Below, in pieces: positions 47,591 to 56,419 of a stretch of DNA of 64,000 nucleotides; within the stretch, counting starts at the first letter, position 1; every line of letters starts with the position of its first letter. Origin of the DNA: a virus; IMG/VR virus record IMGVR_UViG_3300030493_000012; one strand, 5' to 3'. Made by a program: the position numbers and the translations under genes. The notes under the pieces are model-generated. The model ran no database searches and was not told the origin of the DNA. It saw only the letters and a list, made by a program, of their open reading frames with translations.

Positions 47591-47764
47591 TTATTCCAAA
47601 ATTTTCTCTTGAATTTTAAAATTTGGAACATAGGAGGAAATTTTTCGGATTGATTTTATTTCATTGGCGACAAAATCATCTGCCTTTTTTTGGCTGTCAA
47701 AAATCCTAATCAAATACCATTCTTCATTATCGCCAGCAATGTTAAAAACGCAATAAACTTTCAT
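47591..47764 (-). CDS. Hypothetical protein
   Basis: True start MKVYCVF, 6 nt after AATAAT. Confidence 0.6.
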   Translation of the reverse strand: MKVYCVFNIAGDNEEWYLIRIFDSQKKADDFVANEIKSIRKISSYVPNFKIQEKILE

Positions 47765-47852
47765 ATTTTGATTATTGATTATTTGGCCTATGATGTCAAC
47801 AAAAAAACTGGCTAAGTTTTTATGCCTAGCCAACTTTGCGAATCTTTTACCG

Positions 47853-48545
47853 TTAAACCAGAGCCAAAGACTCTGCCCCAACCGCTTCCCAGACATTGCG
47901 AGTGTCAAGATTAGTCAAACCCTGCCACGCTCGCGCCTTGGCATTCGCGCCAGCCCCAAACTCACTACTGGCCAACTGCTTAAGCCGATTTTCCCCGCCG
48001 CTTGACTCATGACTATAAAAATCAGTCACAGCCGAAAAACAATCAAGCATAGTTTCCCCGCGATTACCAGCCCCGCGCACAAACAATTCCCCAAGCCGTT
48101 CGACAGTGTTAGTTGCACGGGTGGACAGCTTGCGCTTTTCGCCACCGGTCATAAACCCGGCAAAGATATTCTTGGCGCGGCCAGCATCGCAGGTTTCCCC
48201 GGCCAAAGTTTCCATCTTGGCTTGGAAGATTTCGCGGCCAGATTGCATTTCGATAATGGCCTTTTCAACTTCGTCCAATCGGCTGTCAATATTGGCGGTG
48301 TGCTTCAAGTAAAAATTAATGTTGTGATTTTCGGCCAGCGAAATATTCAAAGTATTCTGGCACACAACACAGGTGTTGCAATCAAACAATGACAGCCCCA
48401 TTGACCCGTCATGACTCCAAGCCGCCACCATTCGATTATTGAATTCGCGATTTGCAATGTCAAACTTATCCTTAACGCCTTCAATTTTGACCGTAACGGC
48501 ATACTTGCTACGCCCGCCACCAGTCAATATCTTTCCAGCCAACAA
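47853..48545 (-). CDS. DUF932/DUF945-like protein, apparently N-terminally truncated
   Basis: WSHDGS...VVCQNTL...KHTA...YSAVTDF-like motifs; in-frame stop just upstream. Confidence 0.6.
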   Translation of the reverse strand: MLAGKILTGGGRSKYAVTVKIEGVKDKFDIANREFNNRMVAAWSHDGSMGLSLFDCNTCVVCQNTLNISLAENHNINFYLKHTANIDSRLDEVEKAIIEMQSGREIFQAKMETLAGETCDAGRAKNIFAGFMTGGEKRKLSTRATNTVERLGELFVRGAGNRGETMLDCFSAVTDFYSHESSGGENRLKQLASSEFGAGANAKARAWQGLTNLDTRNVWEAVGAESLALV

Positions 48546-48881
48546 AATTAAATGGCCTAACGCCGCTTGTTACTTCAATGACGAAAAAAGTGTTTTTGGT
48601 TTCCATGTTTCTATATTTACCTATTTGAGCGGCCAAGTCAACTAAAAATCAATCTATTTTTAATCGGCGGCAGCCAAGTATTTCTTCAAAACCTCTGCTC
48701 TTTTCTTATACAAACCATCCAAAACAATCTCTTGCCTTGCCATTTCAGCCTCTAAATTGATTATTTCAACACTCAAATTCTCATGTTCATCAGCCAAGAT
48801 GTTTTTTTTGTTAAAAGTATATGTTTTGTCCATACTTTTATAATTAACTAAAAAAACACGAAAATCAAGAAAAAACTTAGT

Positions 48882-49274
48882 TTATTTTGCTTTTTTAAGC
48901 TCTTTTTGAACTTTTAGCCAGTAATTTTGTGTTAAATGCTTCTTTTTTGCAAAATTTGGGCCTGAATTCCAACATCGGGCCATGCTTTCAAAGTCCTGTA
49001 TTTTAACAGATTGTGGACAATACCTATTAAGATAAGCCTCCATTACTTTTACAGAGTAGGCTAAGTTAGTACATTGAATATAAGAGCCGCTAATTTTAGA
49101 ATCAATCCAACAATTTTTGCTAATCATCAGTGGGCCTAATGACATTTTTGAATCCCCATATATTAGCCCAACTTTACCAGAACTTTCAACTTGATGAATA
49201 GCTTGGACAAACTTTGCTGGCAAAGCCGCGTTTGTATTTAAAGCCAAAATAATGGGGATTAGGTATTTAAGCAT
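48882..49274 (-). CDS. Secreted lysozyme-like (i-type/transglycosylase-like) muramidase
   Basis: Signal-like MLKYLIPIILALNTNA; AIHQVESSG...GD...GPL...ARCWNSGPN. Confidence 0.7.
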   Translation of the reverse strand: MLKYLIPIILALNTNAALPAKFVQAIHQVESSGKVGLIYGDSKMSLGPLMISKNCWIDSKISGSYIQCTNLAYSVKVMEAYLNRYCPQSVKIQDFESMARCWNSGPNFAKKKHLTQNYWLKVQKELKKAK

Positions 49275-49374
49275 AATTTTGTAAGAATTGGCGACAGCCC
49301 AAACCAAGCTATCAGCGTTTTTAGAGGCTTTAGACTCTTTGCAACCTTTTTATTAAAAATAAGAATAAAGAAAA

Positions 49375-49628
49375 GTGTCGCACATTCATCCTACTTTCTT
49401 TTATTTCCTTCTGGAACACCAAGGTTAACTCGCTTTGTGCAAGTCGGCTTGGTAAGAAAGCTCCAGCGACCTATCATTATTGACGGCTAGACAGCTAATC
49501 CAGCTAGTAATTTAATTCAGGTTTTCTTCCCTAGGTTATTTTGCCAGTGTGCTACACTGAATTGTTTAACCTTTCACTTTTTCTCTATTCTTGCGGTTGC
49601 AAGCCGCTTTACTTTGATTGCTCTCGCT
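49375..49628 (-). ncRNA. Candidate structured RNA or long 5' leader
   Basis: TTGACT-17-TAGTAT promoter (49635-49663), no ORF, several predicted helices. Confidence 0.4.
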
Positions 49629-49795
49629 AACTAAATACTAAATTAAACAAACACCAAAGTCAAATTTTATTTCTAAAAAAGGTCTGACGGTCTCAGGTCG
49701 CTCAGCTTGAATAGCAAGGATTCAAACGCTGCCCTCAATGAACCGCCAGATTGTTAAGAGCCGGGAAGGCTCGCAACATCCTAAGATTAAGTTTT

Positions 49796-50137
49796 TTAAC
49801 TGAAAAAGTCAACAATTTTCTTTGCCAAACTGAAAAAGTCAAAACTAGCCTTTTCTTCCATCCTGCCCAAAGCTATTTTCACTCCAGTCTTATAGCAGAA
49901 ATTGTCCATTTTGGAGCAAACAGCAGACCCGACAAACCTACCTTGCGGGCCATCCAATTCAATGATTGTCAAGCCGCCCTTTGGATGTCGGCGCTTGCCA
50001 TCCAAATCCTTAATAGGCTCAACTTTTTGCCTCTTGACAATCGGAACGCCGAAATTGGCATAACGATAGTGCTTTACGCGAACCTTATAACCTTTTTGGC
50101 GCAGGCTCTGGATTGATTCACTTGATAGGTTGGGCAT
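49796..50137 (-). CDS. Conserved-type phage hypothetical protein
   Basis: GGLT...G.A.CS..DNF....G..IALGR; TTGACA-17-TAATAT-6-ATG. Confidence 0.7.
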   Translation of the reverse strand: MPNLSSESIQSLRQKGYKVRVKHYRYANFGVPIVKRQKVEPIKDLDGKRRHPKGGLTIIELDGPQGRFVGSAVCSKMDNFCYKTGVKIALGRMEEKASFDFFSLAKKIVDFFS

Positions 50138-50154
50138 ATTCTTATATTAGGTTT

Positions 50155-50403
50155 TTATTTATTGTTTGTCAAATTAAAAAGCTCAAAATCAAAATAAACT
50201 CTGCATTTGCCATCTCCTATCATTTCTTCATACAATTCGCCTATTTTTTGACGCAAATTATTTAGATATAAATTTTCTTCTTGTGGTTCGCCGTCAAATA
50301 CTGATAAATCTATGCTTGTGGACAATTCAAAATGAGAAGAGAAAAGACCCACTGATGGGTCATTGGGAAATTCAATATAGATTTTTTCAATTGTGCGTGT
50401 CAT
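50155..50403 (-). CDS. Hypothetical acidic protein
   Basis: TTGACA-17-AAATAT-6-ATG. Confidence 0.6.
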   Translation of the reverse strand: MTRTIEKIYIEFPNDPSVGLFSSHFELSTSIDLSVFDGEPQEENLYLNNLRQKIGELYEEMIGDGKCRVYFDFELFNLTNNK

Positions 50404-50434
50404 GTTTCTATATTTGATTATTTAACCAGAATTG

Positions 50435-50662
50435 TCAAGCAGAATATAAAACAACCAATCTCTTTACAATCTCCTTATTAATAGCATAATTACCGGCGCG
50501 GGTAAAATTCAGATTAACTTTTTTGGCTTTTCCATCTTCCAAAATAAACACACTTCCAGTTTGGCCGCTTAACCAGTTATTTATTTCGGCCTCAGCTTTC
50601 AAAAGAGGAAAATCTTTTAAGGCAAAATCAGATTGAAAATTTATTACTGGCGTTCGCGGCAT
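50435..50662 (-). CDS. Hypothetical protein
   Basis: TTGATT-17-TAATAT-6-ATG. Confidence 0.6.
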   Translation of the reverse strand: MPRTPVINFQSDFALKDFPLLKAEAEINNWLSGQTGSVFILEDGKAKKVNLNFTRAGNYAINKEIVKRLVVLYSA

Positions 50663-50693
50663 AATCCTATATTAAGCCAATTAAACGAAAGAA

Positions 50694-50897
50694 TCAAGTT
50701 TTAAAATACAAACTTTGGTATTTTGTGGTTTCATTCAGGCCATCATAATAACCTTGCCAATAAGCTCTAATTAAAGGATTAATATCATCAAGCCCAAATT
50801 GCATTTTGCGCCGGTTAGCAAAACAGAGCATATCAGAATCATCATGCACATAACCACTGGCAAACCCGGCTCTATATTCTTTCTGTATCTTTGTCAT
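50694..50897 (-). CDS. Hypothetical protein
   Basis: TTGACT-17-TAGGTT-6-ATG. Confidence 0.6.
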   Translation of the reverse strand: MTKIQKEYRAGFASGYVHDDSDMLCFANRRKMQFGLDDINPLIRAYWQGYYDGLNETTKYQSLYFKT

Positions 50898-50928
50898 GCT
50901 TTAAACCTAATCTTTTCGGAAAACAAAG

Positions 50929-51177
50929 TCAATTATAAGTATTAATTGTTTGCATAGCCGCAACGCCTCTTTCCATCTTTTGTTCAATGCCATTGGTATC
51001 AAAGACTTTGATAAAACGCGGATAAGCTGAACCTTGTGATTTAAGATTTTGCGTCAATTGAAACCACAGGCTAAAAATAGCTTTACGCGAGCCAAAAACT
51101 TCAAAATGATTCTCGCTTTCAAACATTGACTCAGTTGTATCTGATGCTTCTGTATATTGGAGCTTGAAAATATTCAT
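50929..51177 (-). CDS. Hypothetical protein
   Basis: TTGACA-17-TAATCT promoter. Confidence 0.6.
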   Translation of the reverse strand: MNIFKLQYTEASDTTESMFESENHFEVFGSRKAIFSLWFQLTQNLKSQGSAYPRFIKVFDTNGIEQKMERGVAAMQTINTYN

Positions 51178-51227
51178 AATTGCTATTTCTAATTAAAGAT
51201 TAGACTATTTTTACAAGCTTGTCAAAT

Positions 51228-51258
51228 AAAAAAATACCAAGTTTGCTGTCCTTGGTAT
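51228..51258 (-). terminator. Intrinsic terminator
   Basis: ATACCAAG...CTTGGTAT plus T-run. Confidence 0.65.
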
Positions 51259-51274
51259 CGCATCCAACAACAAA

Positions 51275-51550
51275 TTAGCTAACCTTAATCCATTCGCCGC
51301 CCCACGGCTGGCCATTCAAATACCATTGATAATTCTTTTGGTAAATTGAAACTCCAAATATAGCATTAAGCCGCTCTTTGGTGGTATTGCTAAACCAGCC
51401 AGCGTTGGTTATCCAAATATCTTTGTTACACCATTTGGCGATTTTATTGCCATGCAAATAAAGAGCTTGGCCATCACTTACTGTATTTCCCAAAGACTTG
51501 GCTTGACGGCTATTAAAAGCTCCCACTATCTTGTCTGTAATTTTGCGCAT
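51275..51550 (-). CDS. Conserved-type phage hypothetical protein
   Basis: LHGNKIA...AGW.SNTTKERLNA. Confidence 0.7.
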   Translation of the reverse strand: MRKITDKIVGAFNSRQAKSLGNTVSDGQALYLHGNKIAKWCNKDIWITNAGWFSNTTKERLNAIFGVSIYQKNYQWYLNGQPWGGEWIKVS

Positions 51551-51622
51551 TTTTGTGCTTTGTTTTTATTTAAGGTTTATTAACTACTTATTCAGAATAG
51601 ATTTTTTCGTAACCAAAAGCAA

Positions 51623-51820
51623 CTAAATTTTCTTAATATTCCGAATTGTCACATTTTCAACGGCTTGATAAAGTTTTTGAGCATATTCAAGAACCGCTTT
51701 TGCACTTACATCATAGAATACAGTGGACTTTACAACAATTCCGCGCTTTAGTTGCTCGTTTTTGTCGTTGACAACTCTAACCAAATCCCCATCTTTAATT
51801 GTGTCGGTCTGCATAAGCAA
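51623..51820 (-). CDS. Hypothetical protein
   Basis: 65 aa; start uncertain. Confidence 0.45.
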   Translation of the reverse strand: MLMQTDTIKDGDLVRVVNDKNEQLKRGIVVKSTVFYDVSAKAVLEYAQKLYQAVENVTIRNIKKI

Positions 51821-51865
51821 TAGTAATGGCCATTATTAAAAACAAAACTAGCATTTTTGGCGGGG

Positions 51866-52054
51866 CTAAACCAGAGACACAACTTCAATCTTGGTTTGTT
51901 CCCCAGCCTTTGGCTTCCCCTTGCCTCGCTTAACCCATTCGCCATTTCGCATGACAAAAGTAATGTTCTTGGTGGTATAGATACGCTTGCGGCCACGGCG
52001 CTTTGGCGTTACTGGCACAACCGGCGTTTCGACTGTATTTTGTGTTTCATTCAT
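51866..52054 (-). CDS. Small basic protein with AT-hook-like motifs
   Basis: PKRRGRKR and KRGKGKPK. Confidence 0.55.
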   Translation of the reverse strand: MNETQNTVETPVVPVTPKRRGRKRIYTTKNITFVMRNGEWVKRGKGKPKAGEQTKIEVVSLV

Positions 52055-52099
52055 AGTTTTATTATTAAGTTTAGTCTAATGTTCTGAAAATGTCAATCT

Positions 52100-52366
52100 T
52101 TATTCTTCAATTTCTGCCACCATTTTGACAGACTTGACTTCTTGAAACCGATAGTCGCTAGTAAAATCACTAACAAAATGAATCAAGACCTTGCCACAAG
52201 GCGAGTATGTAACAATTTTTCCATTGTAAACAAAAGCAATTGCATTATTATACAAATCATCATTTGGCCTAGATGTAACCAAATAAGGAACGCCCTGGGC
52301 AATTTCGGTTGCAGACAAGGTTGTGTTTGCTCGCTTTGTCTTTTTGATTTCAAGTTCAATTTTCAT
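52100..52366 (-). CDS. Hypothetical protein
   Basis: TTGACT-17-TAACAT promoter. Confidence 0.6.
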   Translation of the reverse strand: MKIELEIKKTKRANTTLSATEIAQGVPYLVTSRPNDDLYNNAIAFVYNGKIVTYSPCGKVLIHFVSDFTSDYRFQEVKSVKMVAEIEE

Positions 52367-52412
52367 AGTTTTTGCTTTATTTAATGTTAAATTTTTGGTT
52401 ACGAAAAGTCAA

Positions 52413-52643
52413 TCATTTAATTTCGATTGTGGCGTCACTCTTGAAAAACATCAAGCCGCCATCAATAGCGTCAACAATAGAAGTTTTTGCAGAATTCCAA
52501 ATACGACCGTCGCTCAATCGAACAGCCAGATAACGACCATCTGGATTCGAAAGCACATAAACATTACCATCTGGGTCTCGAAACAAATCGCCAGCTTTGA
52601 AATCGGTTTTTCGGATAATATCTTTGGTTATGATTTTGTTCAT
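52413..52643 (-). CDS. Hypothetical protein
   Basis: TTGACT-17-TAAACT-6-ATG. Confidence 0.65.
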   Translation of the reverse strand: MNKIITKDIIRKTDFKAGDLFRDPDGNVYVLSNPDGRYLAVRLSDGRIWNSAKTSIVDAIDGGLMFFKSDATIEIK

Positions 52644-52680
52644 AGTTTGAGTTTAGGTTAAAAATTTAAAAGAGTCAAGA

Positions 52681-52971
52681 TTATTCAGCAGCCAGCCAAG
52701 TAAACAATTCCTTAGAAGTTTCAAAAACAAAAACTTCAAAATTGGCATTAATTAGATTCTTAAGAAGCCCCGCTAAAGTAGGCTCATCGTAAATACAATA
52801 ACCATTTCCTTTGGTAAGCTGGTTTGTTGACAGTAGTTTATAAAATCCCATCTCGTATTTTTCTCTGGTTACGAAAGCTTTTTCGCCGCAACGCTTTACT
52901 CCAATAAAATGTTTTGGCGTAACGTCTTGCACTTTAATTTCGGTTGTATTATCAATAATAACTTTAATCAT
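52681..52971 (-). CDS. Hypothetical protein
   Basis: TTGACT-17-TAAACT-6-ATG. Confidence 0.65.
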   Translation of the reverse strand: MIKVIIDNTTEIKVQDVTPKHFIGVKRCGEKAFVTREKYEMGFYKLLSTNQLTKGNGYCIYDEPTLAGLLKNLINANFEVFVFETSKELFTWLAAE

Positions 52972-53014
52972 AGTTTTAGTTTAGTTTAAAAGTTCCGAAA
53001 AGTCAATCTTTTAT

Positions 53015-53305
53015 TTAAATAAACCGCCCGTCCTTGTCAGTATATTTCTTTTTAACTGGCGAGGCTGGATAATCTTTGCTAATAGCTTCATGCTTTGTCA
53101 TGCTGTTGTTGCCAGAATTACCAGTCCCCTGATTCTTGAAAACAGTCATTTGCATATTGCGCTTGACATTCTGCGAAATAACCTGAGTGCCAGCCTTTTT
53201 GGCCGCAAAATTAAAGGTTTGTGAACCAACAGTCACACTGGTTTGTCCAGTCTTGCGGAAGGTTTTAAGGGCGGAATTGAATCGGGCTTTGGTGTTTTTA
53301 TTCAT
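53015..53305 (-). CDS. Hypothetical basic protein
   Basis: TTGCAT-17-TATTAT promoter. Confidence 0.6.
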   Translation of the reverse strand: MNKNTKARFNSALKTFRKTGQTSVTVGSQTFNFAAKKAGTQVISQNVKRNMQMTVFKNQGTGNSGNNSMTKHEAISKDYPASPVKKKYTDKDGRFI

Positions 53306-53702
53306 TGTTTTGGCGTTCGCGGTTTGTTCTATATTTCAATAATAGGTTATTTAGTCCGAAAATGCAAGTGTTATTTCCAACTAATATTCAAATCAGTAAG
53401 AATCTTTCGCGCCAAATAAATTTCACCATCAGCGCATCCTGTATAATAGGCATTATCATAATTACCACCACAAGATGTATCAAAATCAGAATCATCAGAA
53501 AGCATTTTTTGCTTGGCTGTGGTTTTTAGTTCTTCAATCAATTTTTCCATAATTTAGATTATTGTTTATTCGGCCTAAAATGTCAAGTTTTATTTTCTGA
53601 AAATGGTGGGCCTTATGGCTTGAGTTGACCATAATGACAGCTTATGAGGCTGCTGTTATTTACCTCGTTTTAACTAAAGGCCCGTAAGTTGCTGATTATC
53701 AA

Positions 53703-54116
53703 TCAATTATCAAGAACAATCGGCCAATTACTTTCAACATACCTACTTGCCTCTTCAAAATTCCTAGGCTTGTCATTGTAAAGTTTAAAAACACAACCAT
53801 CAAGCCCGCCAAAGACAATTTTGCCATTATAAGTTTCCATCGGCACAACAAAAGTTAGTTTGTCAGAATACTTTTTTCCAAGTTCCATCTTAAAAACTGG
53901 CTTAAAATTTTTGGCAAGAAAAGACTCAAAATCTTGCTTGTTTTGGATAAGAGAACCATCAGGAACATCAGAACTACTAAAAGTCTTATTGTCCAAATTC
54001 AAAGTGAGATAATTATCGCTAAGTACATGATTGTCGCGCTTAAATCCATACTTTTCAGCTAGTTCAACACAAGAGAGGCTGTTTATAACAACAATGTTGG
54101 AGATTTCAATTTTCAT
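53703..54116 (-). CDS. Hypothetical protein (C-domain shared with 57860-58327)
   Basis: TTGACT-17-TAAACT-6-ATG. Confidence 0.65.
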   Translation of the reverse strand: MKIEISNIVVINSLSCVELAEKYGFKRDNHVLSDNYLTLNLDNKTFSSSDVPDGSLIQNKQDFESFLAKNFKPVFKMELGKKYSDKLTFVVPMETYNGKIVFGGLDGCVFKLYNDKPRNFEEASRYVESNWPIVLDN

Positions 54117-54171
54117 AATTTAAGTTTAGAGTTTTGTGTTTAAAGAGTCAAGTTTATTGTTTGATTAAACC

Positions 54172-54182
54172 AGCGAGAGCAA
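54172..54182 (-). promoter_or_regulatory. TTGCTCTCGCT box centred at about -61 (representative copy)
   Basis: 20 bp upstream of the -35 at 54146-54151; the same spacing is seen at other promoters. Confidence 0.65.
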
Positions 54183-54812
54183 TTAATGATAACGATAAGC
54201 CACATTTTTAACTTTGGTTGACCAGCAAAGCCGACAATCCAAACATTTATTGTTTTGTTTTGGTGCGCGGCAAGTCCAGCCATTCCTAACAACCGTTGAT
54301 GTTGTAACACCAAGGCTTTGCGCCAAAGTTGTAAAGGCCGGGCCATCAATCATGTAACTTGAAAGCCTAATATTCAGGTTTTTCGGAACCTTGTTACCCT
54401 TTTTAATATAAGAACTGACAATCGAAATCTCTTTAGTTGGCAACCAAAATTTAATCCGGCCACACAAAGAGGCAATTTCGCAAATTTGAGCCAGCATTTT
54501 TTCAGATTGCAAATCTCCCGAATCAAACCAACGAAAGTAACCGCTTGATTCTGTGGCATTTATAACGGTTGCCATTGCCAGCACAAAATTAGGATGATTA
54601 AAAGCATTTAGCCGAAAATCATGGGCATTTTTAACATTATCATAAAGATAATTACCACGGCGAGCATAGCATTTATTGCAAACGCTTCCCTCAATTTCAT
54701 ATAATTTGCCGCCAGTAATGCATTTTAGTGCCGAAATTGAATAACCATAACAAGGCATTTTGCTTGGTTCGCTCAAATTACCAATAATGGCCTTTGCTTC
54801 GTTTAATGTCAT
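54183..54812 (-). CDS. Gp88-like phage protein
   Basis: LSEPSKMPC..Y...C...VCNKCYA..GNY...YFRWFDSGDLQS...FWLPTKE. Confidence 0.75.
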   Translation of the reverse strand: MTLNEAKAIIGNLSEPSKMPCYGYSISALKCITGGKLYEIEGSVCNKCYARRGNYLYDNVKNAHDFRLNAFNHPNFVLAMATVINATESSGYFRWFDSGDLQSEKMLAQICEIASLCGRIKFWLPTKEISIVSSYIKKGNKVPKNLNIRLSSYMIDGPAFTTLAQSLGVTTSTVVRNGWTCRAPKQNNKCLDCRLCWSTKVKNVAYRYH

Positions 54813-54888
54813 ACTTAAAGACTAATCTTTATTTACGTTTATGTCAACTTATTTTGTAAGGATTCACGCTTCTGGTGTAACCTAATAT

Positions 54889-55779
54889 ATGAAAACATTT
54901 ATTTATGCTCTTTTCTGCCCAATAGACAATACGCCAAGATATGTCGGGAAATCTAACGAAATGAGATTTCCATACCGATTAAAAGAACACGTAAGGCCTT
55001 CAACACTAAAAACAAACACACATAAAAACAACTGGATAAAATGGCTTTTAAAACAAGGTAAAAAACCGATTATTAAAATAATTGATATTGGTGACGAAAA
55101 CACATACGCATTAAAAGAAAAATATTGGGTAAAATGCTATAAAAAGCTTGGATTTGATTTAACAAACGCAACTGAAGGAGGCGAAGGTATGGCGAGATTA
55201 AAAGACAAAAGAGTTATTAAAGAAGAACAAAAAATCAATATAAGTAACACATTAAAAAAGCTTTACAAAGAACATCCCGAAATAATTACAAAAGCAATTC
55301 CTAAAATAGTGGCGACCAGAGCAACACAAAACACAAACAAAAATTCAAAATTCAAAAAAGGGATTTCATTATGCCATCTTGGCTATAGAACATACGCTTC
55401 TAAACATCATAACCGAATAGAGATAGCCATAACTAAAACTCTGGAAGAGGCGGTTTTTATAAAAGATGTTGTCTATTTACTTTTATATCCAAACGCTTAT
55501 GTTCCAATTAACGACATCAAAACATACGAAAATTTAGATAAATTAGAGTTTATTAAAAAAATCTTAAGAAAATCTTATTCAAGTAGGTTTTATGGCGTAA
55601 ACAAATACGGAAAAAAATGGGCGGTAAGAGATAAAAATGACAATAGAGTTGGTGTTTTTGAAACCGAGGAAGCGGCAGCGCAACAATCCGCAATAATAAG
55701 AAATTCTAATATTGAAAGTATCACCAGAAAAGATAAATTTGATATTTTTATGGAAATGCTCAGTGACAAAACTTATTAA
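54889..55779 (+). CDS. GIY-YIG endonuclease with AP2-like C-terminal domain
   Basis: FIYAL...YVGKS...R..EH...E..W...LTNATEGGEG; SSRFYGVNKYGKKW; GTGTAA 8 nt upstream. Confidence 0.8.
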   Translation: MKTFIYALFCPIDNTPRYVGKSNEMRFPYRLKEHVRPSTLKTNTHKNNWIKWLLKQGKKPIIKIIDIGDENTYALKEKYWVKCYKKLGFDLTNATEGGEGMARLKDKRVIKEEQKINISNTLKKLYKEHPEIITKAIPKIVATRATQNTNKNSKFKKGISLCHLGYRTYASKHHNRIEIAITKTLEEAVFIKDVVYLLLYPNAYVPINDIKTYENLDKLEFIKKILRKSYSSRFYGVNKYGKKWAVRDKNDNRVGVFETEEAAAQQSAIIRNSNIESITRKDKFDIFMEMLSDKTY

Positions 55780-55780
55780 T

Positions 55781-55876
55781 TCACTTTTTGTCACAAGTAA
55801 AGCCAACTGGCAGATTAAAAATTGCAATGTATTTAGGCAATTTGGCGTTACCGAAACTGAATTTGAGTTTTTCCAT
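55781..55876 (-). pseudogene. Truncated N-terminus of a second Gp88-like gene
   Basis: MEKLKFSFGNAKLPKYIAIFNLPVGFTC then stop at the endonuclease end; TTGACA-17-CAATAT-6-ATG intact. Confidence 0.55.
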
Positions 55877-55911
55877 GATTTAATATTGTATTTAATTTCC
55901 GAAAATGTCAA

Positions 55912-56151
55912 CTAAAACATTGAAGCAAAATCGGCGCGGCCATCGCTCCATCCATAACTATAACCATTGGCAAAATTCCTAGCTTCTTTTTCTTCTTTAA
56001 TATAGAAAGTTTTGACTAAGGTTTTTTGTTTGGTTTCGCCGTTTTCAACATAAACAGCAATGCCTTTACCCCACAATCCGACACAAACCATTGATTGTGA
56101 ATTACCTAGTTGAGCCGCAAAAAGCATTTCTTTAATGTCGTTAATAATCAT
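55912..56151 (-). CDS. Hypothetical protein
   Basis: TTGACT-17-TAACCT-6-ATG. Confidence 0.6.
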   Translation of the reverse strand: MIINDIKEMLFAAQLGNSQSMVCVGLWGKGIAVYVENGETKQKTLVKTFYIKEEKEARNFANGYSYGWSDGRADFASMF

Positions 56152-56419
56152 ATTTTTAGGTTAAGCTAAATTCCAAACAAAGTCAACTTTTTATTTTATT
56201 TAAATAAGCGAGAGCAACTAGTCAAGCGCACAATTAATATTTTCTGTATCAATTTTAAAACTATCACTAACAAAAGTCCCCTCTGGTAATTCAGCGTTAT
56301 CTGCCTTATTGATAGCCTCTTCCAGACAAGATGCCTCAATTTCCATGTCGCCGCACATTGTCCAAGTAACAGGAATAGTAAATCTCATGTCTATATTTAA
56401 GGCTTAATTAACGAAAATG

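Noticed and set aside
54875-55795. TGT...ACA transposon ends flanking the GIY-YIG gene
   Set aside because: The inverted match is only about 6 bp, with no target duplication or transposase; chance is likely.
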